Assembly: GCA_003990765.1 (NCBI GenBank)
Contig: RBNJ01000105.1
Span: 1 to 41,482, forward strand
Reading direction: 5' to 3'
Length of the DNA: 41,482 nucleotides
Source of the DNA: Jimgerdemannia flammicorona
Taxonomy: Eukaryota
The notes under the pieces are model-generated. The model saw nothing but the letters and a program-made list of their open reading frames with translations, was not told where the DNA came from and did no database searches. Made by a program: the position numbers and the translations under genes. Positions 13,785-25,600 of this stretch are shown in pieces. How positions within the stretch are numbered: the first letter of the stretch is position 1; each line of letters begins with the position of its first letter.

Positions 13785-14648
13785 ATGCCTGCTGCCTGCC
13801 AAACCTCAAGGTCAAGGAACCACCAAGGCATCTCAGTTGAAGAAAGAATGTTCCAAGACATCAGAAGAGCCATGAGGACCTACTCAAGAAGGACTCCAAG
13901 TGTCAACCTGGGTACTGGTGACCCTTATCACTATATCCTCTACTGCTGTGAAATGGAAACAAGGATCACCATTGCTACTGAATGCCTCCAAATGTGGCAG
14001 GAGTATGAAATAAGAAACCTCCTCTGCCAAGAGTTCTCACAGGCCAGCACTCAAGAGCTACAAGATACCACTTCCATAGATATATGTGAAATGAGGATAG
14101 CTAAGAAGATCCATCAGATCTTCAGGCATGCAGCATGGTCAATTCCCAACTTGGAGTATGTTAGAGTCTCAGATTTCAGAGACCTATCATCCTGCCATAT
14201 CAATACATTAGAAGCCAGGGTAGCTATAGAAGCCCAGTCCACTATCACTCTCAATAGTGATGAAGTAGAAGACTTCTGGCATCCCATCCTTCAGGACAAC
14301 CCAGACCAATTCCTACAAGGATTGATCTCAGTATTCCAAGGCCCAAGCATCCAGGTTAGACCTCCCCAAGACCTCATATTTGTTCTCTATTTTGTGGAAG
14401 AGAACCTCATAGACTGAAGAGCTCCAGATCTCCTTGTCCCCACTGCCACTGCTGAACATGATGATGTCATTAGCAATGATATCATCCCACATAATATCGA
14501 AGTATGCGAAACATATGACATATATGAGATGCACAATCTATATGATGACAACAATGAGACAGACAAGACATTCGCAGATCTCATCTCCTTCGAAGACATC
14601 CTGACCTCTGATGATGAAGCTCCCATGGTCTTGAACATTCTGCTCTAA
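13785..14648 (+). CDS. LTR-encoded accessory protein (~287 aa ancestral; one premature TGA at 14415-14417)
   Basis: 210-aa open frame. The stop aligns with TGG in the 3' LTR copy and the frame continues into an acidic tail ending at TAA 14646-14648. TATAAAAG at 13698 upstream; AATAAA at 14935 downstream. Confidence 0.75.
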
Positions 14649-15004
14649 GTATCTTGGTTACACTGAATAATGCCAGCACTGGTATTCTGAGGTGATGCGA
14701 AATTGTTCCAGCACTGGCATCTGATGTAATACTGAATAATACTAGCATCAGTATTCTGATATGATACCAAATTATACCAGCATCCTGAATCTGTACAACC
14801 ATCAATGCCGATCTAGAACTTAGCAGTTTTCCTGGCCTGGCATTTTATTTTAGTTATTGGAATTTATATTTAGCTTTATATCTTAGTAACTATTGAATTA
14901 TATTTTGTATAAATACCTCTCTTATTTTCTCTGAAATAAAGTCAGTTCCAGTTCACTTATACACAATCTCTTGCAAGCAATCTAAGAGATAACAAGACAG
15001 TTAA

Positions 15005-16203
15005 TTTTTTTTTTTTTTTTTTTTTTTTGTTTAACAGACTCTATGTCTCGCAGATTTTTATTAGAAGGGAACCTAGACTATATAGGCCAAAACCCTCCCC
15101 CACCACCCATCAAGCACTGCTCCCCCATTAACCTAGGCTAGCTATTGTCCAGCAGCTTGACCTTGCCAGGCGCAGCAGGGCAAAGTAGCCTGCACCTCAT
15201 TCTGCACACTATGCTCTCCCTACCACCAGGGGAAAACCCAGCCATATGCCAATGACCGAAAGCACATGCCCGAGAACTCAATGTATGTACAAGGCCACGC
15301 CCAAGCTGAATAGAATAGCCCCTGCCACCCCAAAGAGAATGACAGACAAAGAAAAAACTCTCATCAAAGCATAACATAGTGGGTAGGGCCTGGTTCTCCC
15401 AGTCAAGGTGAGTAGAGGACTTATATGTGAGGTGGGAGGAGACCCCCCATACCCCACTACTCAAGCCTGCAGGCCTCGATCACATTGCCATATCAGCTCC
15501 CTGTTCCAGTTGAGTGCAGTCAAGATACCTGAAATGGGTAGCCTCGGGCCCCCTGACCCCCCCCAATGACCGGGGCCCATCCCCATGAATTGCCAAAAGA
15601 AGCCAAGAGTGACACCTACCACCTAACCATGCTACACTAATCAAAAGGCCCCACTGAAGCAGCGCCCACCCCAGCCCTGATGACTGCCCCCAGCCTGGCA
15701 CCCTACTGATTCACCGTAATCACCCTTCCTCCTATCTGTAATGGCCATCTCCCCTCCCATCCCGACAACACCTGAAAAACAGTCACCTATACCAGAACTG
15801 TGCTTGCTGGGAAGCTCGCCAAAGCCAGAGGGCCCCACCACAGACACCGAGGACCTGCAGGTAGCCTATACTGAGCACTTGATGCCCAAGGTCAGCCGAC
15901 TCCCTATGTAGCCTAAGACATATCAAGACAACTCCTTGTTGGCAATGGCAAAAGGAAGAAGGCACTGCACCAAAATGGGCACACTCCAGATGCAGCCGAA
16001 GGCACCAGAATCCACGAAAAAGTGGAGGAAGCACCAATCTGACACCAATAAAGGGGCAACTCATCACCATTGCCCTCCTCCCACTATGCCCCTGCAGGCA
16101 CAGCAAACCAACCCGAGGTAGAGGGGGTAATAATAGGGGAAAGGGGACTCAGAAGGTTGCCTACCAAACCTTGTGACTGGTAAGGTAGCGGAGAAAGGAG
16201 CTG
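15005..16203 (-). mobile_element. Non-LTR retrotransposon insertion (5'-truncated LINE or LINE-mobilised element)
   Basis: 24-nt poly(T) at 15005-15028 (poly(A) tail on the minus strand), preceded by AATAAA; 14-bp TSD AACAAGACAGTTAA at 14991-15004 and 16204-16217; the empty site is present in the 3' LTR (~23508-23521). Confidence 0.92.
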
Positions 16204-16360
16204 AACAAGACAGTTAAAGATAAGAAGTTTGAGGACTGTAAGACCTTAGGAAGGCACTCCAATAAGAACTTGCTTATAACAAACTTGAGTTAGTCTAAGA
16301 GATACATCTTGAAGAGAATCTGATATATTTGAAGGACTCAGCAACCACTACATGACAACT

Positions 16361-16374
16361 TGGTGCCCATTGGC
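16361..16374 (+). promoter_or_regulatory. Putative primer-binding site of element A
   Basis: TGGTGCCCATTGGC lies 3 nt after the LTR end and begins with TGG (complement of tRNA CCA). The tRNA identity was not determined. Confidence 0.6.
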
Positions 16375-16477
16375 TAGTGATTCAAGATGAATCCCTCACT
16401 TTTAAGCTAAAAAACAAACAATTCCCACAACAACTACTCTGACTACAAGAGTCACCCCTACAAGAATTCAAGATAAG

Positions 16478-19400
16478 ATGGAAATGTGTCCTCCCACATT
16501 CTATGAATATACTACTGAAGAGTCAATCCAAACCTTCATTAAAGACTTTGAACAATTTGCCACTGTACAAGTCCTTGGTATAGATGCATAATTGGCCCTT
16601 CTACCAGTCAGCCTCAGAGGACCTACCAGAGATAAGTTCAATACAGTCACTATTGCTAATAATGGTGCAGCCAAACTTGCCAACATGAAGGCCTTCCTCA
16701 GAACAACATACTATACTGAAGAGATCAAGCAAGCTCTCAAGGATCAACTCAATACTATCTGCCAGAGACTTAGTGAAGATCCCAACTCATTCTATATCTG
16801 AATCTGCCACCAGATTGTCTTGGCTGACTATGATGATGCCCTCAAGGAACAAATAGCAGATTCAATCTTCCTCAAAGGAGTTCACTCTGAAATTGCCCTA
16901 GTAATCCAGTCTACCCTAGCTGTACTGACCCTTGATCAGAAAGTGGTCTTTGTACAGAGATATTAGACTGCCAGACACCCTGCTGAACAGTTAATGGAGA
17001 AAATAACTAGCATCAAGATGGAGCCATCAAAGCCAACTAGTATCATACCTGCCACAGTTGTAAACAGACAACCAACCCCACTTATCCCCAAGGTAGCCAA
17101 AGCTGACCCAGTAGAAGAACTTGCCAAGTAGTTCACCAAGATGACTGCATACCTTAGTAATGTTATTAGAAAAGTCTGAAGTGCCAACAGGAGACCAGTG
17201 CAGAGATTTGCAGCTACTACAGAAGAATGCAATATCACATGCTTCAGATGTAGAGAAGAAGACCACTATATGAAGAATTGCATGACTGAAATGAGACACA
17301 AGGCCCAACCAAGCAATGCTAGCAGAACTAAAGAACAAATCAATACAGTAGTCATCGAGGAGATTGGTGACACTAATGATGAAGAATACTATGAGGAGCT
17401 CGAATTCTACTCTGCTACTGAAGGTACCAGAACCCAGTCCAAGCCCTATGATAAGAAGAGCAACAGTAAGCCAGTTGGAAGACTAAAGAAGACCCCAGCT
17501 ATCACTATTCAAAGCAAGACTCAATCTAAGAAGATTGATCAAGACATGGAGTTAGATAAAGTTGCTTGCCAAATCATTGAAGGCACTACTCCAGTCTCAG
17601 GAGAAAGCGAAAGCAAGAAGGAACAGAAGCTGCACAAGACCAAGATCCACCAGTATGATATCTACAAGAATCTTAAGGAACAGAAGGTCAATGCTACTTT
17701 TGGACAACTAGCTGAAGTCCCTGTCTTCAGACAGCAGTTAAGAGTAGGACTTGCAACTACTATCAAGAATCAAGAGTACAAGATTGTAGAAGCTCATAAT
17801 GCACAGAAAGAATCCTAAAACTCAGGTGAAGAATCTGAAGACCAGCGCAAGACATCAGTCTATACCCCATATCAGATTGAAGACTATATCTTTGATGCCA
17901 TTATTGATGCTGGTGCTGGAGAATACCTTATGAGCAAAAAGACAATTGACTGCCTAGGTTGGAACATTGAAGAGTCCACTAAGATGATCTATATCACAGC
18001 AGATGGTATATGAGCTACCCCCCTTGGCAAAATCCGAGAAGTCCCCATCAAGATAAGAAGAGCTACCATTTCAGTAGATGTGATTGTTATAAGTGCCACC
18101 AACTATGACATCCTCATTGGCAACCAATGGCTTCACAAGGCCAAGGCCATCATTGACCTCAATATCCAAAAGATGCAGATCAACTACAGAGGAAGAAAGG
18201 TACAAGTCTCTATCAATGTCCACAAAGGAGTTCTACTAGACATGGAGGAAGGAGATGAAGAGAACACAGAGGTCTTCATTTACTCGATAAACAAAAACAA
18301 GAACAAGACACCCAAGCTCACAGATGAGCAGTGGTATAACAAGATCATCAATGGCTATGCCCCTCAAGAAAGATGCCTTCATGGTACTAAGATGTACTGC
18401 TCTGAACACCTGAATGACTGCTGGTCCTATATCAGTGAAGTCAGGAAAATCTGCCAATAGAAAAATGAGCAAGAAGCCATCAAAGTAAAAAAGAAAGCCA
18501 AAGAAGATGACTAGCCCCCAGAGCTTCAAGCTGATAGTGATGATAAGGAGGAACAAGAATCAGACATCACCCTCAAGGTCAAGATGTTTCACCCTGAAGC
18601 TAAGATCCCAGAATACAAGACTGAAGGAGCCATAGGAATGGACCTTGCCAGTATTCAAGATGCTACCCTTGAACCACAGACCACCACCCTACTTGGTACT
18701 GGAATTGGAGTCAAGCTGTCCAAAAACTATACCGGAATTATCAAGACCAGGAGCAGTCTGGCCAAAAGTGAAATCTCAGTTGAAGGAGGAGTAATTGACT
18801 CTGATTATACTGGTGAGATCTTCCTCATAGTCAGAAATCACAACCCCACCACCCTATTTGAAGTCAAGAAGCATGATAGGATTGGCCAGATGCTAATCTA
18901 TGAAATCAAGAAACCTAAGATCACTGAAGCCATCAAACTCATCAAGACTAAGAGAGGAGAACAAGGCTTTGGATCTACTGGAAGAGGATCCTATGCCACC
19001 ACCAAGATTACCGAACTTGAGTACAAGAAAGACAAGGAACAGAACAAGCACATATATACTATTGGAGAAAACTTTCCTCTAGAGGAACAACTTCTCAAGA
19101 TCCTGCACCAGAATGAAGGGGTACTTGCTACAGACTTTAGGGATATCCACAATCAAGAACCCAAGTACTACCATGAAGTTGATACTGGTGATATCAAGCC
19201 TATCTACCAGAAAGCCAGACCCATACCACCTGTCTATAGAGAATAGCTGCAAGCAGAACTCAAGGAAATGGAAGAAGCTGGAATCATCAAGCAAGCTATC
19301 AGCCCCTGGGCTTCACCCATTGTCCTTGCCTCGAAGAAAGGAAGCAAGCCTGGAGAGTTTGCACCAAAACTCTGCATTGACTACAGGAAGCTCAATGCTA

Positions 19401-21746
19401 TCACCAAGAAGGATAGACAGCCCTTGTCAAATATTCAAGAAATCCTTACCACCCTTGGAAGTAAAGCCAAATACTACACCACTCTGGATCTGTTCTCAGG
19501 CTTCCATCAGATTGGTCTCACTCAAGATACCAGTGAGAAATCAGCCTTCATCACACCTGACACCACCTATATCTACCTATGAATGCTATTTGAAATGTAC
19601 AATACCCCAGCAAGTTTCCAGCAAATAATGAACAGAGTCTTCAGCAATGAGATTGGAAAATGGCTCTTTGTCTATGTTGATAATATGATTATCTTCAGCA
19701 GTACTACATGGGAATATATCAATCACATACAGCTAGCCCTCAAGAAGCTCAAGGAGTATGACCTCTATATTAAGCCCAAGAAATGTAAGTTTGCAGCTCA
19801 AGAAATTGCCTATCTAGGACACCTCATCAACCAGACTGGAATCTACATAGACCCCATGAAGATTGAAGCTGTTGTAGCCTACCTGAGACCCAGAACAACC
19901 ACAGAAGTCCATGTCTTCCTTGGACTGGTCAGCTACTACAGAAGATTCATCAAAGGATATTTCAACATTGCAGCACCTATCTATGAGCTACTGAAGAAGG
20001 AAACCAAATTCGAATAGACCGAGAAGCACCAAGAAACCTTCAATAAACTCAAGACCAGGTTGACCCAAACACCTATCCTCAGAAGACCAAATTGAAACCT
20101 AGAATTCATCCTGCAGACAGATACAAGTACTATAGGACTTGGAGCAGTCCTAGCTCAGAAGAAAGATGGATATGAATATGTCTTCTCCTATATAAGCTGA
20201 GGTACTCACAGAGCAGAACAGAACTATGAGTCATACAAACTCAAATGCTTAGCAGTAGTCTGAGCAGTAGACAAGTTCCACTACTACCTAGCTGGGAAAC
20301 ACTTCACCATTCAAACAGACCATTCCTCTCTTGTCTGGCTATTCCACACTCTGAACTCTAAAGGAATATATGCCAGATAGATCTACAGGCTGTAAGAGTA
20401 TGACTGTACTGTCAAGCACCACTCAGGAAGAACCAATACCAATGCTGATGTACTCTCAAGAATACCCCAAAACACCCCCATCAAGATTACTCAACATGAA
20501 TAAGGAACTATACTATGGATTAATCAGCTATCTTGGATAGTGGAAGATGCCCAACCACCTCAAACTCTGGACAATTACTATTATCAACTGGACTTGGAAA
20601 CAGTTTGAACTAGACAACACTACACTCAGAAAAGGAGGAAAGCTAGTAATACCCAAACACAAGAAGTATCAAGTAATGAAGGAAGTACATGAGCAAGGAT
20701 ATCTAGGAGGAACCAACACATACATATGATAAGGCAAGAAGAACTATATAGTGGCCCAAGATGAAGAAGACCTGTGCCAATTTGTCAAAGGGTATGATAA
20801 GTGCCAAAAACAGAAATAAGATCAGCAAGACCAGGCACCCAGGTCATCAAGAATTGAGCCTATCCCCTTCCATTACATTGCAATAGATATCATTGGGCCA
20901 CTATCAGTAACACTATCAGGAAATCACTATATTATAGTTATTGTAGACCTCTTTACCAAATGGATAGAAGCAGGAGTATTATAAGAAGCCAATGCCCTCT
21001 CTATAGCTGACTTCCTGCACTGAGAAATTATCTGTCACTACAAGACATCAAAGCAAATTACAACAGACTGTAGCACAGAATTTGTCAATAGATTCCATGA
21101 GATATTATATCAGAAATACAAGATCCAGCACATCAAGACCACTGCATACTACCCTCAAGGAAATGGACAGACAGAGAGAACCAACAAGACTCTCAAGAAC
21201 ATCCTGGTGAAGATCTCAGAGACAAATGAGAGTTGGGATAATTATCTCTCAACTGCCCTCTCTGTCCTATGAGACATATGGTCACAGAGTACACACTTTA
21301 CCCCAAGGGAACTGCTCTTCAGAGAAGAAGATTCTGATGGAACCTCAGCCACAAATCTAGACCTAACTTAGAGATGGGTCAATGCAGAAATCAGGAGACT
21401 ACACTAAATCAGGAAGAAGGCTGAAGATTATATTATCAAGTCACAAGTACTGATAAGAAAGAATGTGGAAAAGAATCACAAGACTCTAGAACTCATCCAA
21501 ATCAGAGAAAAGGTCCTACTGTATTGAAATATGGTAAAAGCCTCATGGTCATGAAAACTGAAGCCCAAATGGGAAGGACCCTTCTACATGCAAGATATCA
21601 AGGGAACTACCTTCTGGCTTAGAAAAATCTCAGAGACTATACTGCCTATCATAGTACATAGAAACAGACTCAAGAAGTACCATGAACCTATACAAGAGAA
21701 GCAAAACATGATGATTGCCTGTGAGGTTCTAGTCCACGAATCATAA
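16478..21746 (+). pseudogene. gag-pol polyprotein of element A (Gag with zinc knuckle, PR, dUTPase, RT, RNase H, IN)
   Basis: CFRCREEDHYMKNC knuckle (~17240-17281); protease AIIDAGA (~17897) and DILIGNQWL; RT LCIDYRKLN, LDLFSGFHQI, VYVDNMII; RNase H LQTDTSTIGLGAVL; IN IDIIGPL, TTDCSTEF, PQGNGQTERTNKTL, WEGPF. Scattered in-frame stops. Confidence 0.95.
18570..18985 (+). CDS. dut: dUTPase domain between protease and RT (element A)
   Basis: All five trimeric-dUTPase motifs are open in ORF 18584-19246: AIGMDL, TRSS, GVIDSDYTGEI, DRIGQML, RGEQGFGSTG. Confidence 0.95.
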
Positions 21747-22059
21747 CAGCATATCTCATAACCAGCAGGCTATCTGTCTGGACCATTCTCTAAGAGATAT
21801 GGTACTAGCAACTACTCATCTATGAGACTTTCGAAGCCAGAGGAGTTTGAACTGTCAACTGATTGGTCAAGATCAGAATCAGGCCCTTGCTCTATATGAA
21901 GGGAGTAACCCTTCACCATCATGCCAAAATACAAAGGGAAGACACTAGCCCATAAACACCACTTTTCAACCCCTTGCCAGAGGTTATGGGATCAGCAAAT
22001 TTTTCAGGACTGGATCAATGAATAAGGACACTTGAGAAGATCCTTATTCAGAAGGAAGA

Positions 22060-23661
22060 TATAACAGTGACTTCAGAATGATGACATCAGCACAGGAGAC
22101 AGTCTTTTCTTATAAGTCACCAGATCGGAGCATAAGAAGATCATATGGCATATGAGATGAGCAATGATGACCAACTGTAAGTCATTGTGACCATAGTATA
22201 AGCATCCTGAGGAATATAAAAGAAGGATCAAGGAACCGCAGTAATAGCAACCAACAAGACCCACTAATCCCAAAATAGCTCAAAGACTCACTACAAATAA
22301 AATGCCTGCTGCCTGCCAAATCTCAAGGTCAAGGAATCACTAAAGTATCTCAGTCGAAGAAAGGATGTTCCAAGACATCAGAAGAGTCATGAGGACCTGC
22401 TCAAGAAGGACTCCAAGTGTCAACCTGGGTACTGGTGACCCTTATCACTATATCCTCTACTGCTATGAAATGGAAACAAGGATCACCATTGCTACTGAAT
22501 GCCTCCAAATGTGGCAGGAGTATGAAATAGGAAACCTCCTCTGCTGGAAGTTCCCATAGGCCAGTACTCAAGAGCTACAGATACTACTCCCATGGATATA
22601 TGTGAAACAAGGACAGCTAAGAAGATCCATCAGATCTTCAGGCATGTACCATGGTCAATCCCCAACTTGGAGTATATTAGAGTCTCAGATTTCAGAGATC
22701 TGTCATCTCACCATATCAATGCACTAGAAGCCAGGGTGGCTACAGAAGCCCAGTCCACTATCACCCTCTATAGTGATAAAGTAGAAGACTTCTGGCATCC
22801 CATCCTTCAGAACAACCCAGACCAATTCCTGCAAGGATTGATCTCAGTATTCCAAGGCCCAAGTATCTAGATTAGACCTCTCCAAGACTCCACATTTATT
22901 TCCTATTTTGTAGAAGAGAACCTCATAGACTGGAGAGCTCCAGATCTCCTTGTCCCCACTGCTACTGCTGAATTTAATGACATCATTGGTGATGACATCA
23001 TCCTGTACAACATTGAAGTACACAAAATGCATGACATATGTGAGATATACAACCTATGTGATGACAATGACAAGACAGACAAGATGTTCATGGACCTCAT
23101 CTCCTTTGAAGACATCCTGATCTCTGATGATGAAGCCTCCATGGTCTTAAACATTCTGTTCTAAGTATCTTGGTTACACTGAATAATACCAGCACTGGTA
23201 TTCTGAGGTGACACAAAATTGTTCCAGTACTGGCATCTGATGTAACACTGAATAATGCCAGCACTGGTATTCTAATGTGACACCGAATTATACCAGTATC
23301 CTGAACCTATATAACCATCAATGCTGACCCTGGAACTTAGCAGTTTTCCTGACCTGAAATTTTATTTTAGTTATTGGAATTTATATTTAGCTTTATATCT
23401 TAGCAACTATTGAATTATATTTTGTATAAATATCCCTCTTATTTCCTCTGAAATAAAGTCAGTTCCAGTTTACTTATATACAATTCCTTGCAAGCAATCT
23501 AAGAGATAACAAGACAGTTAAAGATAAGAAGTTTGAGGACTATAAGACCTTGAGAAGGCACTTCAATAAGAACTTGCTTATAACAAACTTGAGTTAGTCT
23601 AAGAGATATACCTTGAAGAGAATCTGATATATTTGAAGGACTTAGCGACTACTATGTGACA
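22060..23661 (+). repeat. 3' LTR of element A (1602 bp) with a second, broken copy of the LTR ORF (22302-23164)
   Basis: Direct repeat of the 5' LTR; ORF fragments 22365-22559 and 22592-22870 match the 13785 ORF. Confidence 0.95.
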
Positions 23662-23665
23662 CTAT

Positions 23666-24150
23666 CTAGATATCTTGGTTCAATTTAAGTATGTGTTTAG
23701 TGGATAGTAGTTGTTCATTGTCTAGCTTGAAAGTGAGAGATTTATCTTAAATTATCTATCAATGAGTACTAAGTTATAATGTAACAAATATATACTGATA
23801 GAAGTACAGCAGATTTCTTTATCTTAAATACTTGATCTTCTTTAACTCCTCAGAGTTCTCAGATATAGAGGTAGGTAAGTTCAAAGTATATCTGTCTGCA
23901 GGTTTACTAGTTTCTTATCCCTTTTCTTAAACTATTTTTATCTAAGGTTTATTTACTTTAGATATTAGAGATATTTATATAAGTTTGCTAGCTATATGGT
24001 AGCTAAGTTAAGACTTCTTTTTCTGTGAGTCATTTTATATAGTTGAGAGATCTATATAATCTATATAATCTATATAATTATAAGTTTTATATAGCTGTAC
24101 AAATTATATAACTGAGAGATCAAGTGACTACTAAACTATATACTATATTA
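23666..24150 (-). mobile_element. 5' leader, PBS and 5' LTR remnant of element B (right boundary approximate)
   Basis: Minus-strand ACTTAGTACTCATTGATAGATAATTTAAGATAAATCTCTCACTTTCAAGCTAG (23774-23722) aligns with the leader of element A, ACTTGGTGCCCATTGGCTAGTGATTCAAGATGAATCCCTCACTTTTAAGCTAA (from 16358). Confidence 0.75.
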
Positions 24151-24219
24151 TGTATATCAGGAATCAGATTCAGATACTGCAAACAAATATCTATCCCCTA
24201 ATTGTTTTATAGTTCTCTA

Positions 24220-25600
24220 AGTAAATAGGACATAATTCCAAGTTGTTACAATTATATCTCTATCAGTTATTAGAATATAAAGATATATATCTTCAATATA
24301 ATCTATATTATTCAAAAGCAGCAGTTATCCAATTCTTGATTTGAGCCATTTATAGACCATCTCTATTATCTTACCATCAAATTTTTTAGTATCTTCATAT
24401 AATCCAAGTTTCTTTACCAGCTGTCAGAACTTATCTAAAGTTATTTTACTACTATTGACTCAAAGCCAGAATATATAAGAATAGGGTTTATGGTATAGTT
24501 TATAATATTTCAACATGAGTTCAGTTTTCTCCATTCCACCAATATCTTTAAGAATTAGAATATGAATATCTTTAGAACTATTATCAAGAAGTATCAATTT
24601 CATTTATTTCAAAATATCCTCTCAGCCTATAAAAAGTTTGGTGAGTTTGATAAGAACTATATATATCTTTTTATCAGTATTACTATCATTGTATATTAGT
24701 GTTTGATAATATTGATAGATAGAATCTGGTTTACATATAACAGAATAGATCAAGTTATTATAATTTACAAATATATATTTCATATATTAAATTATATTAT
24801 ATTATTATAATATACTGATCTACTATAGCTAACAGTAGTATTAATAGTTCTAAGAAATATGGAACTACTATATATATTAATAGTATTTATATTGTTTATA
24901 TTTTGTACTAAGTTCTATATATAATTTACTAATGGTTAGTAGTAGTTATTTAGCTATCAATTATACTGAAAAATGTTGTTTCAATATCATAATTTCATAT
25001 TATCTTTATTAGAAGACATATTTAGATATTATTAAATAATAGGAGTAGAGACTCTCTCAATAGATTGAATGAGATTATACTCATAGAGGTAGTAAAAACT
25101 ACTTAATAGAGAAGACCTTTCTGAGAGGCTGATCATTGGTATTATATTATACTATTTTTGTCCTTTTTCAATATTAACTTTAGTTACCTTAGATAGTTAT
25201 AAAGTTTTCATAATACTAGAGTAGATATATAAGTAATCTTTTTTTAAGTCTTAATATCTTGAACAAGAATCTTCTTTATTATAAGCTTTTCTATTCTCTT
25301 TGTAGTTGTTATAGACTAGTTTTGTAGATTTAGTTTTTTTAAGAAATATTGTGGATTAGTCATTATTCTATGGGGTAAAGTCTAGCAAACTTTTAATATT
25401 GAGTATAAGAAACTGAGTATTTATATCAGAAGTACTATATAATTCTTTGGATTTTTACAAGTCTTCTATATTCGTATGCTTAATATTAAAAGAATTCTAA
25501 TTAACAACCACCAATCTTTCAATCTTGTATATAAAGGAAGACCTGGCTGTTATTTTTCAGAACTAAGTTATGTAAAAATATATAATTATGATAATTAAGT
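24220..25600 (-). pseudogene. NLR-like pseudogene: SesB/SERAC1-type alpha/beta hydrolase fused to an NB-ARC NTPase
   Basis: Minus strand, in order: IFLHNL (cf. VFVHGL), IEKLIIKKIL (cf. SMGGLIIK), YSVICKPDS (cf. HxxICKP), LFIG*EDIL (cf. FxGRE), LILKDIGGMEKTELML (P-loop GxGGxGKT), SYIFWL, VYKWLKSR, *LLLLNNID (Walker B WLLxLDN), DIIVTTWN (cf. IIVTTRN). Departures are mostly G>A/C>T. Confidence 0.75.

Larger units (their letters stand above)
13543..16357 (+). repeat. 5' LTR of element A (interrupted by the insertion at 15005-16203)
   Basis: Starts TGTAATAGTGAC and ends CATGACA; colinear with 22060-23661 once the insert and one TSD copy are removed. Confidence 0.95.
13543..23661 (+). mobile_element. 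Ty3/Gypsy LTR retrotransposon A, full length, dUTPase-bearing, with long gene-containing LTRs
   Basis: Paired LTRs 13543-16357 and 22060-23661; 4-bp direct flank CTAT (13539-13542, 23662-23665); PBS-like TGGTGCCCATT at 16361; purine tract before the 3' LTR; gag-pol domains in Gypsy order. Confidence 0.95.

Noticed and set aside
15138-16121. Several ORFs in the GC-rich insert
   Set aside because: Short, overlapping in multiple frames, no domain; expected by chance at this GC content.
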